A program made the position numbers and the translations under genes. A stretch of 64,000 nucleotides of DNA from Amphiscolops sp. MND2022 (Eukaryota): NCBI GenBank assembly GCA_964187785.1, contig OZ076410.1:20708001-20772000 (forward strand), given 5' to 3'. The notes under the pieces were generated by a model, which did not search any database, was not told where the DNA came from, and worked only from the letters and a program-made list of their open reading frames with translations. Shown piece by piece: positions 33,201 to 45,133 of this stretch. Positions within the stretch are counted from its first letter, which is position 1, and each line of letters opens with the position of its first letter.

Positions 33201-36200
33201 CATATTTTCTCAGATGCTTCTCTGGAATCAATGTGTATAGTGGCTTACCTGCGAGCAGAAGATGATGATGGAGTGGAATTGTCATTCGTCATTGGGAAGT
33301 GCAGAATAGCCCCAATGAAGCAGCAGACGATCCCGAAGTTGGAGTTGCAGGCAGCGCTCTACTCTGTGAGACTGAGGCAGTTGATCTCAGCAGACCACGA
33401 CATCCAGATCCAGACAGTTACACACTGGACAGACTCTATGACGGTTCTCCAATGGCTACACTCTGCACATAAAAGACAGCAGGTGTTCGTGGCCAACCGA
33501 GTCGGAGAAATACTGGATCAGTCTACTGTGGACGAATGGAGGCATGTGAAGGGCACAATGAACCCCGCAGACATTGGCACAAGAGGGGTCACAGTGTCAC
33601 AGTTGCTTGAAAGCGAATGGCTAAATGGGCCGGCCTGGCTTAGACAGAACCCAGGAAGCTGGCCAAAGCAAGCGAAGCTGGTGGATGAAAACGACTTTGT
33701 TTTGGTGACTAATCCAACGGAGAGCGTCATAGATTGGTCAAGGTTCAGTAAATACAAGAGAATGATTAACGCGGTTGCTTACTGTCTTAGACTTAGATCA
33801 AAACAACGTGGCGTTGTGACAGCATTGGAGAGACAGAAGGTCGAGTTATTGATCTTGCAAATGGCTCAACGCGAAAGTTTTGCTGAATTGTTCAGTAAAC
33901 TTCAGGACAACAGTGATGAGAGAGTGAAGCATGACTTGGCAAAACTTTCCCCATTTGTTGACAGTGACAACACAATACGGTTGAAGGGTCGATTGAGCAA
34001 AGCAACAATTAGTGATGATTTGAAACATCCAATTCTACTTTCAGCCAAGCATCCCGCAGTGGTTCTAATAATGATACAAATGCATGAAGACAACCACCAT
34101 GAGGGAACGGAGTATGTGAGAAGCCTGGTTCAACAACGACTTTGGGTTATTGGACTACGAAATGCTTTGCGCAGCATCAAATCTAAGTGTGTCAAATGCA
34201 GAAAGCAGGCAGTGCGACCAATTCACCCTCATATGGCTGATTTACCAAAGGAACGAGTGGAGCGTAATGTATATCCTTTCAAGAACACTGGGGTAGATTC
34301 CTTTGGCCCATTTGAAGTTACCGTTCTACGTAGACCAGTGAAACACTGGTGTTGTTTATTTACATGTTTGGTCACTAGAGCGGTTCACATAGAAGTGGTC
34401 AATGGCGTGGACACTGATGCATGCATGATGGCGATCACTAGATTCATGGCTAGACGTGGCAAACCCCAAACAATCATCAGTGATAATGGAACTAACTTTG
34501 TTGGAGCTGCTCGGGAATTTAGAGAGTGCCTCAATGAATGGGATCGTGATGCCCTGTGTAAGCGCCTGGCCATTTCACGAGTTATTTGGAAGTTCAATCC
34601 CCCTGGAGCTCCGCATTTTGGTGGAATTTGGGAGAGATTAGTACGTAGCTGCAAGAAAGCTATGTTCGCGATTCTTGGAAATCGACGACTGACTTTGCCC
34701 GTGTTGACATCTACAATGTGTTTGGTTGAGCAAACATTGAATGCCAGACCATTGACGCCTGTGAGTGACGATCCGGAAGATCTAGAAGCACTGACGCCGA
34801 ATCACTTTCTGTTGGGACGACCTGTGCTGGCAGAACCGCTGATGCCAGATTCGGTCAGATACGTGGACTGTCGCAAAATGTACAAAGTGGCTCAGGCATA
34901 CAATCAGATGATCTGGAACAGATGGACGAAAGAGTACCTTCCGAAGTGGAATGTGCGATCTAAATGGGCTACTGACGACGAACGTGTGCTGAAAGTTGGA
35001 GATCTGGTATGGCTGATTGACGACTCAGTTCGACGACATGAGAACAAGATGGCTCGAGTGACTGAGGTGTTCCCTGGAGCTGATGGCGTCATTCGATCAG
35101 CATTGATCAGGACGAGCGATGGAGTCCTTCGAAGACCCGCAGTGAAGTTGGCGCCAGTCTTCTATGAGTGTTTTCGAGATGAAAACAGGGCCGGCGATGT
35201 TGTCGCCAAACACTGAAAAATCACTAAACTTGAAAAATTTTCACCTTCTTAGTTATTCATAAAATTGGTCATTACTGCTATTATTGAGCCGTAAGAGACC
35301 CCTATCAGTGCTGCTAATAAGATCCATGGGTATGTGTTGAAGACTTGTAATTCTACCTGTTAAATTACCCATGTGGCCCTTAGACCTATGTAAGCCTTGA
35401 AACAGTAATTCTCAAGGTCACGTAGAGATCAGCGATCTAGTTTTGCAGTGTCCCCGAATCATTTTGGCTAGACTATCAACCCACCAAGTTTCAGCCAAAT
35501 CCCAGACAAAAAATTATTTTTTCTGGCCCTACGGCGCCGCTCCTCAGCTTAAACTCTAACACACAGATAATTGTAACTTTTTGGTGATTTTTGAGATACC
35601 TATAATCGATGTTATTACTAAAGTGCTTTATACATGCTGTATATCTCCTAACGTGTGTTTTGGAATGTTTTGAATCACAACACAATATTTGTAGTGTTGC
35701 GAAATAATCGTTATTTCGCCACAAAATTAGCATAATTCTCATATTATAACAATATTTTCTATATCAAGTGGTGTTTTTTCATCCTCCTTCTTACTTTATT
35801 GATAAATTCAGTTCAGTACTCTGTAAAGGTTATTCATGGTTCATTCATCTGATAGTTTCACTTTGGTTTATATCTGAGCTTGACAAAAATGTAAAGATTT
35901 CATGTGTTTTGTAGTCAAATTTGATGTATTACATCGCCTGATTTGACTTCCGGTGTCTTATAAATGTCAAGATCGACTCAACCCACATATTGCGCGTGCT
36001 TCAGTTTAAGTTTTCCAAATTTGGGGCCATATACCCCTCTGAAGCATCTTAATAATATTTTTGATAAATACTTAATGATTTATATCTTGAAACTATGTTC
36101 AATTTTGATGATTTTCCATTCATCTGTTGAAAAGTTCAATAATCATAAATTGAACCTCACAGTCCTCAAACATAGTTCCCCCATGTGACTGGTGGTCATA

Positions 36201-36613
36201 AACGCCCTAATCCCACCTTTTATTCACGCTTTATAACTTTAGAAATGCGAATGATGTTAATGTTTGTTATGCAAACAATGTGTTCTAATAGTTAGTGAGA
36301 CGAATTCTGAATTACGCTAGTGAACAGTTGATTAATAACTTGAGATTTAAATCGTTCAATTCTTCACACTCGAGCGCTGAAGACAGATCTAGTCATAGCT
36401 GGGACTATTTTCACCAAGATTGTCTTGTTCGAAGAGGATTTGGAGATTGAAATTCTCAAAGTTAGGAATAGCTAGCTAGTGGAGCTATTTCAGACAAATT
36501 GGAATATACAGTCCTTTCAAATTCTAGAATCCTGCTTTACTAGTGGAAAGCAGGACGAACCAAGGACCGGCACAAGCTTGAATCCGTTGTTAAGATTTAA
36601 GTCAGCCGTTACA
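27210..36613 (+). mobile_element. Full-length BEL/Pao LTR retrotransposon (9,404 bp), mutated
   Basis: LTRs at 27210-28626 and 35198-36613 (TGTT...TTACA, ~1.42 kb, several substitutions). TSD TCGAC at 27205-27209 and 36614-36618. PBS TGGTCCGCCGACCCGG at ~28629, and a purine-rich GAAAACAGGG tract before the 3' LTR. Confidence 0.95.
28678..35216 (+). pseudogene. BEL/Pao gag-pol polyprotein broken by two in-frame stops and one frameshift
   Basis: Gag (KFSGDPLEWPEW; three Cys/His knuckles), protease CDTGS, RT YMDDF, RNase H FSDAS, integrase SDNGTNF/WERLV. Lesions: TAA at 29818-29820, frameshift at ~31737, TGA at 32397-32399. Confidence 0.92.
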
Positions 36614-36798
36614 TCGACTCTCTTACAAAGTCAAAAGAACTTACTTCACTATGAAATTTGTTCCGCTCCGCAGTAAAGTGTAAACGGAAAAACTAATATA
36701 GTTGGTTAATGTCGCGACCTCGTGGTTCTCTGGTCCAGTTATGCAAGTGTAGAAAGCGAACAACAGATGCTGCCCCGAAGAATAAACTGGTTTTAGTG

Positions 36799-38239
36799 AA
36801 ATTACCCATGTGGCCCTTAGACCTATGTAAGCCTTGAAACAGTAATTCTCAAGGTCACGTAGAGATCAGCGATCTAGTTTTGCAGTGTCCCCGAATCATT
36901 TTGGCTAGACTATCAACCCACCAAGTTTCAGCCAAATCCCAGACAAAAAATTATTTTTTCTGGCCCTACGGCGCCGCTCCTCAGCTTAACCTCTAACACA
37001 CAGATAATTGTAACTTTTTGGTGATTTTTGAGATACCTATAATCGATGTTATTACTAAAGTGCTTTATACATGCTGTATATCTCCTAACGTGTGTTTTGG
37101 AATGTTTTGAATCACAACACAATATTTGTAGTGTTGCGAAATAATCGTTATTTCGCCACAAAATTAGCATAATTCTCATATTTTAACAATATTTTCTATA
37201 TCAAGTGCTGTTTTTTCATCCTCCTTCTTACTTTATTGATAAATTCAGTTCAGTACTCTGTAAAGGTTATTCATGGTTCATTCACTTGATAGTTTCACTT
37301 TGGTTTATATCTGAGCTTGACAAAAATGTAAAGATTTCATGTGTTTTGTAGTCAAATTTGATGTATTACATCGCCTGATTTGACTTCCGGTGTCTTATAA
37401 ATGTCAAGATCGACTCAACCCACATATTGCACGTGCTTCAGTTTAAGTTTTCCCAAATTTGGGGCCATATACCCCTCTGAAGCATCTTAATAATATTTTT
37501 GATAAATACTTAGTGATTTATATCTTGAAACTATGTTCAATTTTGATGATTTTCCATTCATCTGTTGAAAAGTTCAATAATCATAAATTGAACCTCACAG
37601 TCCTCAAACATAGTTCCCCCATGTGACTGGTGGTCATAAACGCCCTAATCCCACCTTTTATTCACGCTTTATAACTTTAGAAATGCGAATGATGTTATTG
37701 TTTGTTATGCAAACAATGTGTTCTAATAGTTAGTGAGACGAATTCTGAATTACGCTAGTGAACAGTTGATTAATAACTTGAGATTTAAATCGTTCAATTC
37801 TTCACAGTCGAGCGCTGAAGACAGATCTAGTCATAGCTGGGACTATTTTCACCAAGATTGTCTTGTTCGAAGAGGATTTGGAGATTGAAATTCTCAAAGT
37901 TAGGAATAGCTAGCTAGTGGAGCTTTTTCAGACCAATTGGAATATACAGTCCTTTCAAATTCTAGAATCCTGCTTTACTAGTGGAAAGCAGGACGAACCA
38001 AGGACCGGCACAAGCTTGAATCCGTTGTTAAGATTTAAGTCAGCCGTTACATCGACTCTCTTACAAAGTCAAAAGAACTTACTTCACTATGAAATTTGTT
38101 CCGCTCCGCAGTAAAGTGTAAACGGAAAAACTAATATAGTTGGTTAATGTCGCGACCTCGTGGTTCTCTGGTCTAGTTATGCAAGTGTAGAAAGCGAACA
38201 ACAGATGCTGCCCCGAAGAATAAACTGGTTTTAGTGAAA
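36799..38239 (+). repeat. Tandem duplicate of most of the BEL 3' LTR plus ~185 bp of right flank (source 35362-36801)
   Basis: Restarts at AAATTACCCATGTGG (LTR position ~165), runs to GTTACA, and repeats the TSD and flank TCGACTCTC...TAGTGAAA. The junction has AAA microhomology. Confidence 0.92.
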
Positions 38240-38582
38240 CTCTACAAACTGTCTAAGCCCCCCCTCTTTAGTGTTCCGTTATTTGTTCTAGTTGAGAGAT
38301 TGGGTCATGTAAATATTTGTTTCCATATTTTCTCTTCTAGAAGTGTGAAAGTAACTATAAATTTAGATACAGTTATTTTAAGTTGTTTTCTTGATACTTC
38401 ACCTTTGTTCACAGCCTCATTTGATGACTCATTTTGCTGGAATTTCAATTGCTTTCATGAATGGAAGTTGGTATCAACTTAATACGTGATAGTTCAAACA
38501 ATATTCATGCGTTTTTGTGCGGAAAAATTCGTGATGTATGTACTTCATTGTGCTGTTTTTAGTCGGCGCATTTTCCTTTAAG

Positions 38583-39190
38583 GAAAACAGCCCGACTATT
38601 ACAGTGGCTAGTTTTTTTCTTCTTTTTTTTCGACAGACCACAGAGCTCATCGCGTATGTACCACTTTTTACAGAAACTGATAAGTTCACTCAGGCCAAGT
38701 TCGACCAATGCAAACTTACTGCAAAGTATCCCCCCTTTCGTTTTTTACTATTTTTACGTAACCTACAAAACCGGAAGACTCCAAAGGGTCCCCCCTTTCA
38801 ATTTTTTTTCGGCACTGTGCGAATTTTTTTCTCGAAAATTTTTAATTTTTCAAAAGAGTCCCCCCTTCGGATTTTTTGATATTTTGCAACAAAAAGTATG
38901 TTAATGAATCCCAAAGGGTCCCCCCTTTCATTTTTCGGCACTATGCGACGTTTTCAAAGGTTTTCTCAAAAAAAATTTCTCAAAAAAAAATTTTCAAAAA
39001 TTTTTCAAAATTTTTTTTTGTTTCCAGTCGGGAAAAGTGATTTTCCAGTCATACCGAGCATGACTGCACACTTTGGGTGTCTCAAAAGTGTTTTCAAAGC
39101 TTTTCATGATTACATCCTGGGCATATTTAGAAAACTCTGAGCTTTTTGAGCCTTAGATATAGCGCCGACTTTAGACGTTCCCGTCTTGTT
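38583..39190 (+). repeat. Interspersed repeat, copy 3 (DINE-1/HINE-like)
   Basis: CCCGACTATTACAG near the start, repeated AAAGGGTCCCCCCTTTCA blocks, and end GAGCCTTAGATATAGCGCCGACTTTAGACGTTCCCGTCTTGTT. Confidence 0.62.
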
Positions 39191-39599
39191 AATTATCAAT
39201 AATGCGGTATCATGCAGAAATGTCCAGACGTATATACGTCAACATACGTAAAATTATTTCCGCATGTACGGTTTTATGCGGAAAACCATTATTCCAACTA
39301 TGCAGTGCTATGACCCAATCAGACATCACTACGCGGAAGAATAGAAACGTATACACGTTATTCTACGGTTTTCCAGGGTTGCCATCATAGTTGTGCTATA
39401 CATAATATGACTGCCACGCGATGTTATAATTAGAGTTATATATAGAATTACAACACATGACTCAATTCTTTCATTCATTTTGGGAATTATGACACTCATA
39501 AAAATGGTCGTAATCCCAGATATTTTTCCTCAATACATAAAAAGTGCAGAGATTGATCATTCTTTGAAAAACTCTCCGCGAAAGCAGTTTGATTTCAAA

Positions 39600-40283
39600 T
39601 CCTAACTCAGCCTTTTTAAAAGTAGTTCTCCAATAGATTTTGTTCTAATATTTCATTTTGTCTTGTCGAAATCTTTGGAATAAATCCAAATTCTTCCCCA
39701 ACAATCAAAACACAATTTCACTCAAGAAAGATGGAAATAAGAGAAACAGGAGGTCTAGGAGATTAGAAACAAAATCTCCTGACAGAGATCCAAGAGGATT
39801 ACAGACTTTAACGAGTTTTAATACGGTTGTTAAAGAAAAATTAGATGGAAATAACTCAGAAAACCAACTGACTGAGCCAAATCAACAGTCAAAACAACAG
39901 TCAAATCAGTAATGAAACACAAGTTTGGACTCAGATAATCGAGCAAAAGAACAAGGATGGGATTGAAAAGATGAGAGAAGAAACGGACAACAAGCTTGAA
40001 GCCATCCTAAAGGAGATTAAGACTAATAAAATTGTATCTACTGTAACGAATCCAAGTTCTGAAATGAACGAAATACAAGGTACACAACCATCGGGATCCA
40101 AAACAGAAAAGTCTGTAGGAGTTCACGCATCTAATAACGAAAGTTCAGATTCAGAAAATGAAGATTATCTTCTCAGAGCTTCTAAAATGCAAGAACTAAA
40201 ACATCCTGCAAAACCTTTATACTGTAGTGAATTAGATCTAGATGAAACGATAGTTTCAATCGAAGATGAAGTGGATTATCACA
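39600..40283 (+). mobile_element. Probable LTR fragment of another Gypsy family that carries a gag N-terminal extension
   Basis: Decayed N/S/E/Q-rich ORFs (...NESSDSENEDY...DEVDYH) resemble the LTR-encoded gag extension of the giant element (NRSSDSESET). The sequence stops at ...CAC A, a CA end in the same codon phase. No TSD or 5' TG end identified. Confidence 0.4.
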
Positions 40284-40860
40284 GTTAATATTATCCATTC
40301 TGTTTGGATGATCATCTCTAACGGTTTTTGTCGTTTCCGTTACCGCAACATCTCGCAACGCCCAAATGAATAAATCCTTTATTCTGATCACCGAATCATC
40401 TCTTTGCTTTTCGATTCTTTCTTTGTCGCTGGTCTTCGTATTGGAGACTATGTCTTGCGTCTGCTTGACGTACTGTATGAACCATCAAAGCTTCGATGTA
40501 TGAAGCTCTCCATCAAAGCTTCGCCTCTGGTATGGTCTCCCCTTCTCAAATTTTGACACTGTTATCTTCTGATTTGTTTTTTGTTGTTGCTCTCTTTTTC
40601 TCTCCGGGTTTTATTCTTGATGAACTTCAACTAGTATTTTCAATTAAGTTTTCTTTGGTGTTTGCTGTGGTCATTTTAATCTGTATAATGTGCACGAAGG
40701 AAATAAACCGTTGATGTATTCTAGGTGGAAGCGTATCAACTGTAAAGTGAAACAGGTTTAGACTAAGATTACACTGACATAACTTGGGCAAGTACTTAGT
40801 TGTCAGTGACTAAATGACAGCTTTCACAATGAAAATATATTGTCGTATTTTGTAGGATGA
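40284..40860 (-). pseudogene. Truncated Gypsy gag 5' fragment
   Basis: Minus strand reads ...WFIQYVKQTQDI...IRIKDLFIWALRDVAVTETTKTVRDDHPNRMDNIN, similar to the gag relic at 780-1050. Confidence 0.55.
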
Positions 40861-41227
40861 AGAATTATCTTGTTAGAATAGTTCATTTGGATTCGTATTT
40901 CCATCCTGCAATAACCATACCAAATTTTGAAGTCTTCATTTCCCCCTAGAAAAATTTTTGTAAACGTCTAGTAACCACAAGGTAAATCCAAATACATCGT
41001 ATAAGTTGGTTAAAAAAATTGGCCTGAAATTCATGTGTTTCGCGTACACAAATTATAATCGCACGTTTGTTAACACTTGCCAACCCTAGAACCAATGGTT
41101 CAGAATATAATAGTCTGATGCAAAAATACATTGGAACAAAAAAAATTAGAATATTGCATTGTATAAAATCAAAAATAACTATATGTAATATTTTTTGTCA
41201 ATGTATTTAAAAACAGTATATCTTTAC

Positions 41228-42219
41228 ATCCCTGTGGCCAATCTCTGCCATTTCTGCTTCTACCAGTTGTTTACCTTGGAGATGATCGTTTTGATTGGTT
41301 AGTCCTAGACCAATCACTGTTCCACAACGAAAATAATTTTCTCTGGTACAAAGCCTAAGTTTTCTAAATTCCAAATTATTTCTTACCACGAATTTATCTT
41401 GCATTTTCAGAACTGCCACATCAAGCGCGCCATTACTCTTGGGCGAAGTGGGCTTGTAGCTACTGGGAACTGAGTAATCTGTACATGAATTATATCTGGC
41501 AGCGAAAAGAGGACTCGAAAAATCCAGACACAATGATTGTATCAAACGTAAAATCATCACATTCGCTATTGCGACCAAATTTGATTATTGATTAGTAACA
41601 CAACAAAAAACAAAGTCAACTTGAAATATCCATATTCGATAATATTTGAGAGTTTTGCATTTTTGGCCTTTTTCTCACTAAGATTTTTTTCGCTAATGGA
41701 TCCCTTATGTGAAATTAATGTTAAATTCAGTCAAGTCGCTGTCATTCAAAACCGATGCTTAAAGTTTGCCGATGATTAAAAATCTCTATTTTCACTTAGT
41801 GACACTGCATGGCGAGCCATGAATCATGGATAGAATTTTACTACCGGACTTCCAGGAAAATTTTCTTTTTTTGAAGAGAAACTTGCATGGTCTTTCAAAT
41901 TAGGAATACTTCCTCTTTTCGCTGAAGTCTGTTACCTAGCTTTCCATTGGTGAGCTAAAGAAAAATCCCCGTAAAGGACATACAACTCTTCAGCCACGGC
42001 CCATCTTTGTTTTGATTGGTCGTAAAGGCAGTTGGCTGCAGTCACAACAGCGTCCACAGCTACAATGGAACCCCCGCACATTTCAGTCGTACCTTTGGGT
42101 ACCAAAACAAAGAATTCATGAAGCTCCACGGCTTCAACTGAGATGTTTCTCCATTTGATCAGAAAGACAAAACTGCTTAAAATAATACACTTGAATATCT
42201 GATGTTGGCGGAGCATCAT
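41228..42219 (-). CDS. Serine protease homolog, exons 1-2 (42219-41936 and 41495-41228); catalytic His replaced (TAANC), Asp motif retained (DVAVL)
   Basis: Signal-peptide-like start, CGGSIV...TAANCLY...WKAR|GTAAC, then CCAG|ATATAATTCATG in matching phase 2, giving RYNSCTD...LDVAVLK...GLGLT. A donor GAT|GTAAAG follows. Confidence 0.8.
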
Positions 42220-42787
42220 CTAGGTGGATGTTGCCAATATGTTGCTCAGGTTTGAATATTAAATTTAACACAAACTGTCTGACATCATCGTCTGAGTGTA
42301 TAACACTCTAAGTTTTTGCATTTCCAAATCATTTTAACATTCATTGATTGTGCAAATATACGCAAATTCATAATCAAATAAATGTTATTAGGAGTTAGTA
42401 TGGAGAATCATCATCGCTTTATCAATCCATAAAGAACTTTTTATAAAAATTTTGGTACTTTGATCTGCTTGCACATCAAATAGACTGCATTTCTCAAAGC
42501 AAACACCAATTACACCACAGCCATCCTTCGAATTTTGACACTAATATCGGACATCACTGTTACCGAACTAGAAAAGTGGGGAAACTAGAGTTTGAAAATA
42601 AACGCTTTTTTGTGCCATATAGGACAGGATCACAGAAGAGACAAGCTACACTCTTCATTTCAAAGGCAAGAAGAATCCAAATCTCTGGTGTTTGAACTTT
42701 CAAATTTGTTAAGATATCTGCAAATCATTTCACTGCTTTAAAAATGCATTTCTAGGAATTCCATTATGATGAAAAGCTATGGCTTAA

Positions 42788-43270
42788 CCCGGAATAGAGG
42801 TTGAATTTTCGGGATCCATCAAAAAATCCGGTGTTTTAACTATAAACCGCAATATCTCCAAAACTATTCAAGTCCGACAAACGAAATTTAGCGCGTTGTG
42901 CTGGGCTGGGAGACCGCTTCGCCGCACAGGCTCCGGACTTTGCTCCAAAACTTTGCACGCGTCGTGTCTCTAACTGCATTTAAGCATGTTTCAAAACATG
43001 CCAGGGCCACTTTGACCCAATCTTGTCAATAGTGGTATAAAGTGCCCACCCACGAAAAAACAGAAAAAACGGAAATTTTGCGCTCATTTTTTCTTATTAT
43101 TGGCCCCGTTCTCTTGATTTTGGATACATCAAGTCAATATTCCTTGAAAATGCGTGTAATGCTTAGTAATTTCGTCTGAAAATATTTTTAAAGAGTTTTT
43201 TTATCACACGGTCAGCTGGTGCCTTTAGAAGTTTGCAGATCTCAAAAACGTATCACAATGCTATTAAGGG
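42788..43270. mobile_element. piggyBac-like MITE
   Basis: TTAA|CCCGGAATAG ... CTATTAAGGG|TTAA: CCC/GGG termini with TTAA on both sides and a short imperfect TIR. Confidence 0.6.
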
Positions 43271-43424
43271 TTAATGTTCTTGCCGCAGAAAGATGCTGAT
43301 GCTATACGGTACATATACCTGACCGATCTTTCGGTGACATTGTCAATCAAACTTAGATCTTTTCCTAAAATACCAAACAAAACTTTAGATCAAATGAGAT
43401 ACTTATGTATACTTATGTATACTT

Positions 43425-44985
43425 ATATGAATGCGCAAAGACAGATTTGGGTCCCCTCAAGGCCGAACAAAAGAAGACGCGAAGAAATCGCAGAGATCAA
43501 CGGCGATTTGTTATCGAGAGCGAAGAGAATCGGCGGGGGCTACCAACCCTTCGAAGAACGAACAGAAGAGGAACAAGAAGCTCAAAAGCCGGAAATAATT
43601 GGAGACACCGAACAAGAGAGCAAAGGCGGAAGCCAACTAATCCGGGGCGACAACTTTCCTATCGTCGACTCAAAAGCATACAATACGGACGGAAAAAAAT
43701 CCAGTTAATACAAACAAACCAGATTATTGAAAAAGTCACCAGCGATAAGAAGAACACCGACGATACGATCAAGAAGGCCGAATTTATCTTTATGCTCGAC
43801 TTGAAGACGCTGATTGCAAAATCATCAACGGACGCTGAACTCAACCGAGTACGAGACGCAATGCGTCGGGGCGACAAGAACACGGCCCCGGACCAATACC
43901 GAACGATATTCGAGAAGTTGAACAACAAATGGGGGCTGACAATCAACGATGACCGAATAGTAGTACCTACCGAACTGCGAAAGAAACTACTAGATACCCT
44001 ACATTTCGGGCACTCCGGAGCTACTAAAATGAGAGCGGAGGCCAAAATTTTTTTGTGGCCCAAACAAAAAGGGAAGAGAAGGCATTAACTGAAAAATCGC
44101 CGAAGAAGAAAAGTTCGATTGGTAGATATTCTTTCCAATTCTTCGAAAAAAAAACAAAATAAAAAAGCATTGGGTGGAAGATTCCAGAAAAACGAACAAA
44201 CCGCAATAAATGGTACGCAACACACCGTAACCACTGATTACCGAAAAATATTTCACCGAAAATGTGTTTCGGATCCGATTGTATTTCAGAAAGAATGAAA
44301 GATAGCGCCGAAGATCGGAGACACCATCACCCCAAAAAACCGACACTAACGCAGAAGAGTCGTTGGTAAATACATCCAATGGAATGAAATCCTGAGAGAT
44401 GTGTTAAACGGAAAGCTGCAATTTGTACAAAATCAGCGAACCGAATCCGACTCCGAGAGCGAGGAAGGCGAATTAAACGATGAAGAAAGTGATTTCGAGA
44501 ATCACGATACCTCCGAAAAAGACGGGTGCAATTAACAAATTGCAACATCCCCCGAAGACGAACTGAACCTACATACGGACCGAGAGATAAACCCGAGTGA
44601 GAAACAATCAAATAATGAATTTACCGAAAATGAAAAAATAGGACGGTCCAACCGTGAAAGCAGACAACCGAATAGATACGGGGGGATTAAATATACTAAA
44701 AATTGTTGGGTCTGAATCAAAAAAATTAAATATTACAGGTGCTGCAGTCGAAAATTGGAATAATCGAAAAGAAGCGCCCCCCAAACCACTAACGAAGCCT
44801 GCAGACTTCATCCGTGAGAAAACCCCAACACCGGGAACATCAAAACAGCTACCGAAGAAGATCCAGACGAGAGGAAATGTTATACGGTACATATACCTTG
44901 TCCTACATTGTCAATCAAACTTAGATCTTTTCTTAAAGTACCAAACAAAACTTTAGATCAAATGAGATACTTATGTTTATATATA
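43425..44985 (+). repeat. Near-identical copy of 48292-49850 (3' internal region + PPT + 5' part of LTR)
   Basis: Constant 4,867-bp offset at the start, few substitutions, and the same integrase deletion in both copies. Confidence 0.92.
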
Positions 44986-45133
44986 TATGTAAACATCATA
45001 CTTTTGTTTCATACCGAGATTATATCAATTGATACAAAAACATAGATCGAAAAAGATCGCTTGACATTCCTTTATGTTCAAAAGAGATGCTAGATAAAAT
45101 CTTTGTTTTGTTATTCAACCAAGAAGTAGAACA

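Noticed and set aside
27503-37179. 83-aa minus-strand ORF repeated three times (27503, 35491, 36928)
   Set aside because: The repetition only reflects the three BEL LTR copies, and the sequence has no protein-like features.
36799-38239. BEL LTR duplicate as a pure assembly artefact
   Set aside because: The two units differ at multiple scattered positions and join at a microhomology. A haplotype artefact is not fully excluded, so it is kept as a finding with a test.
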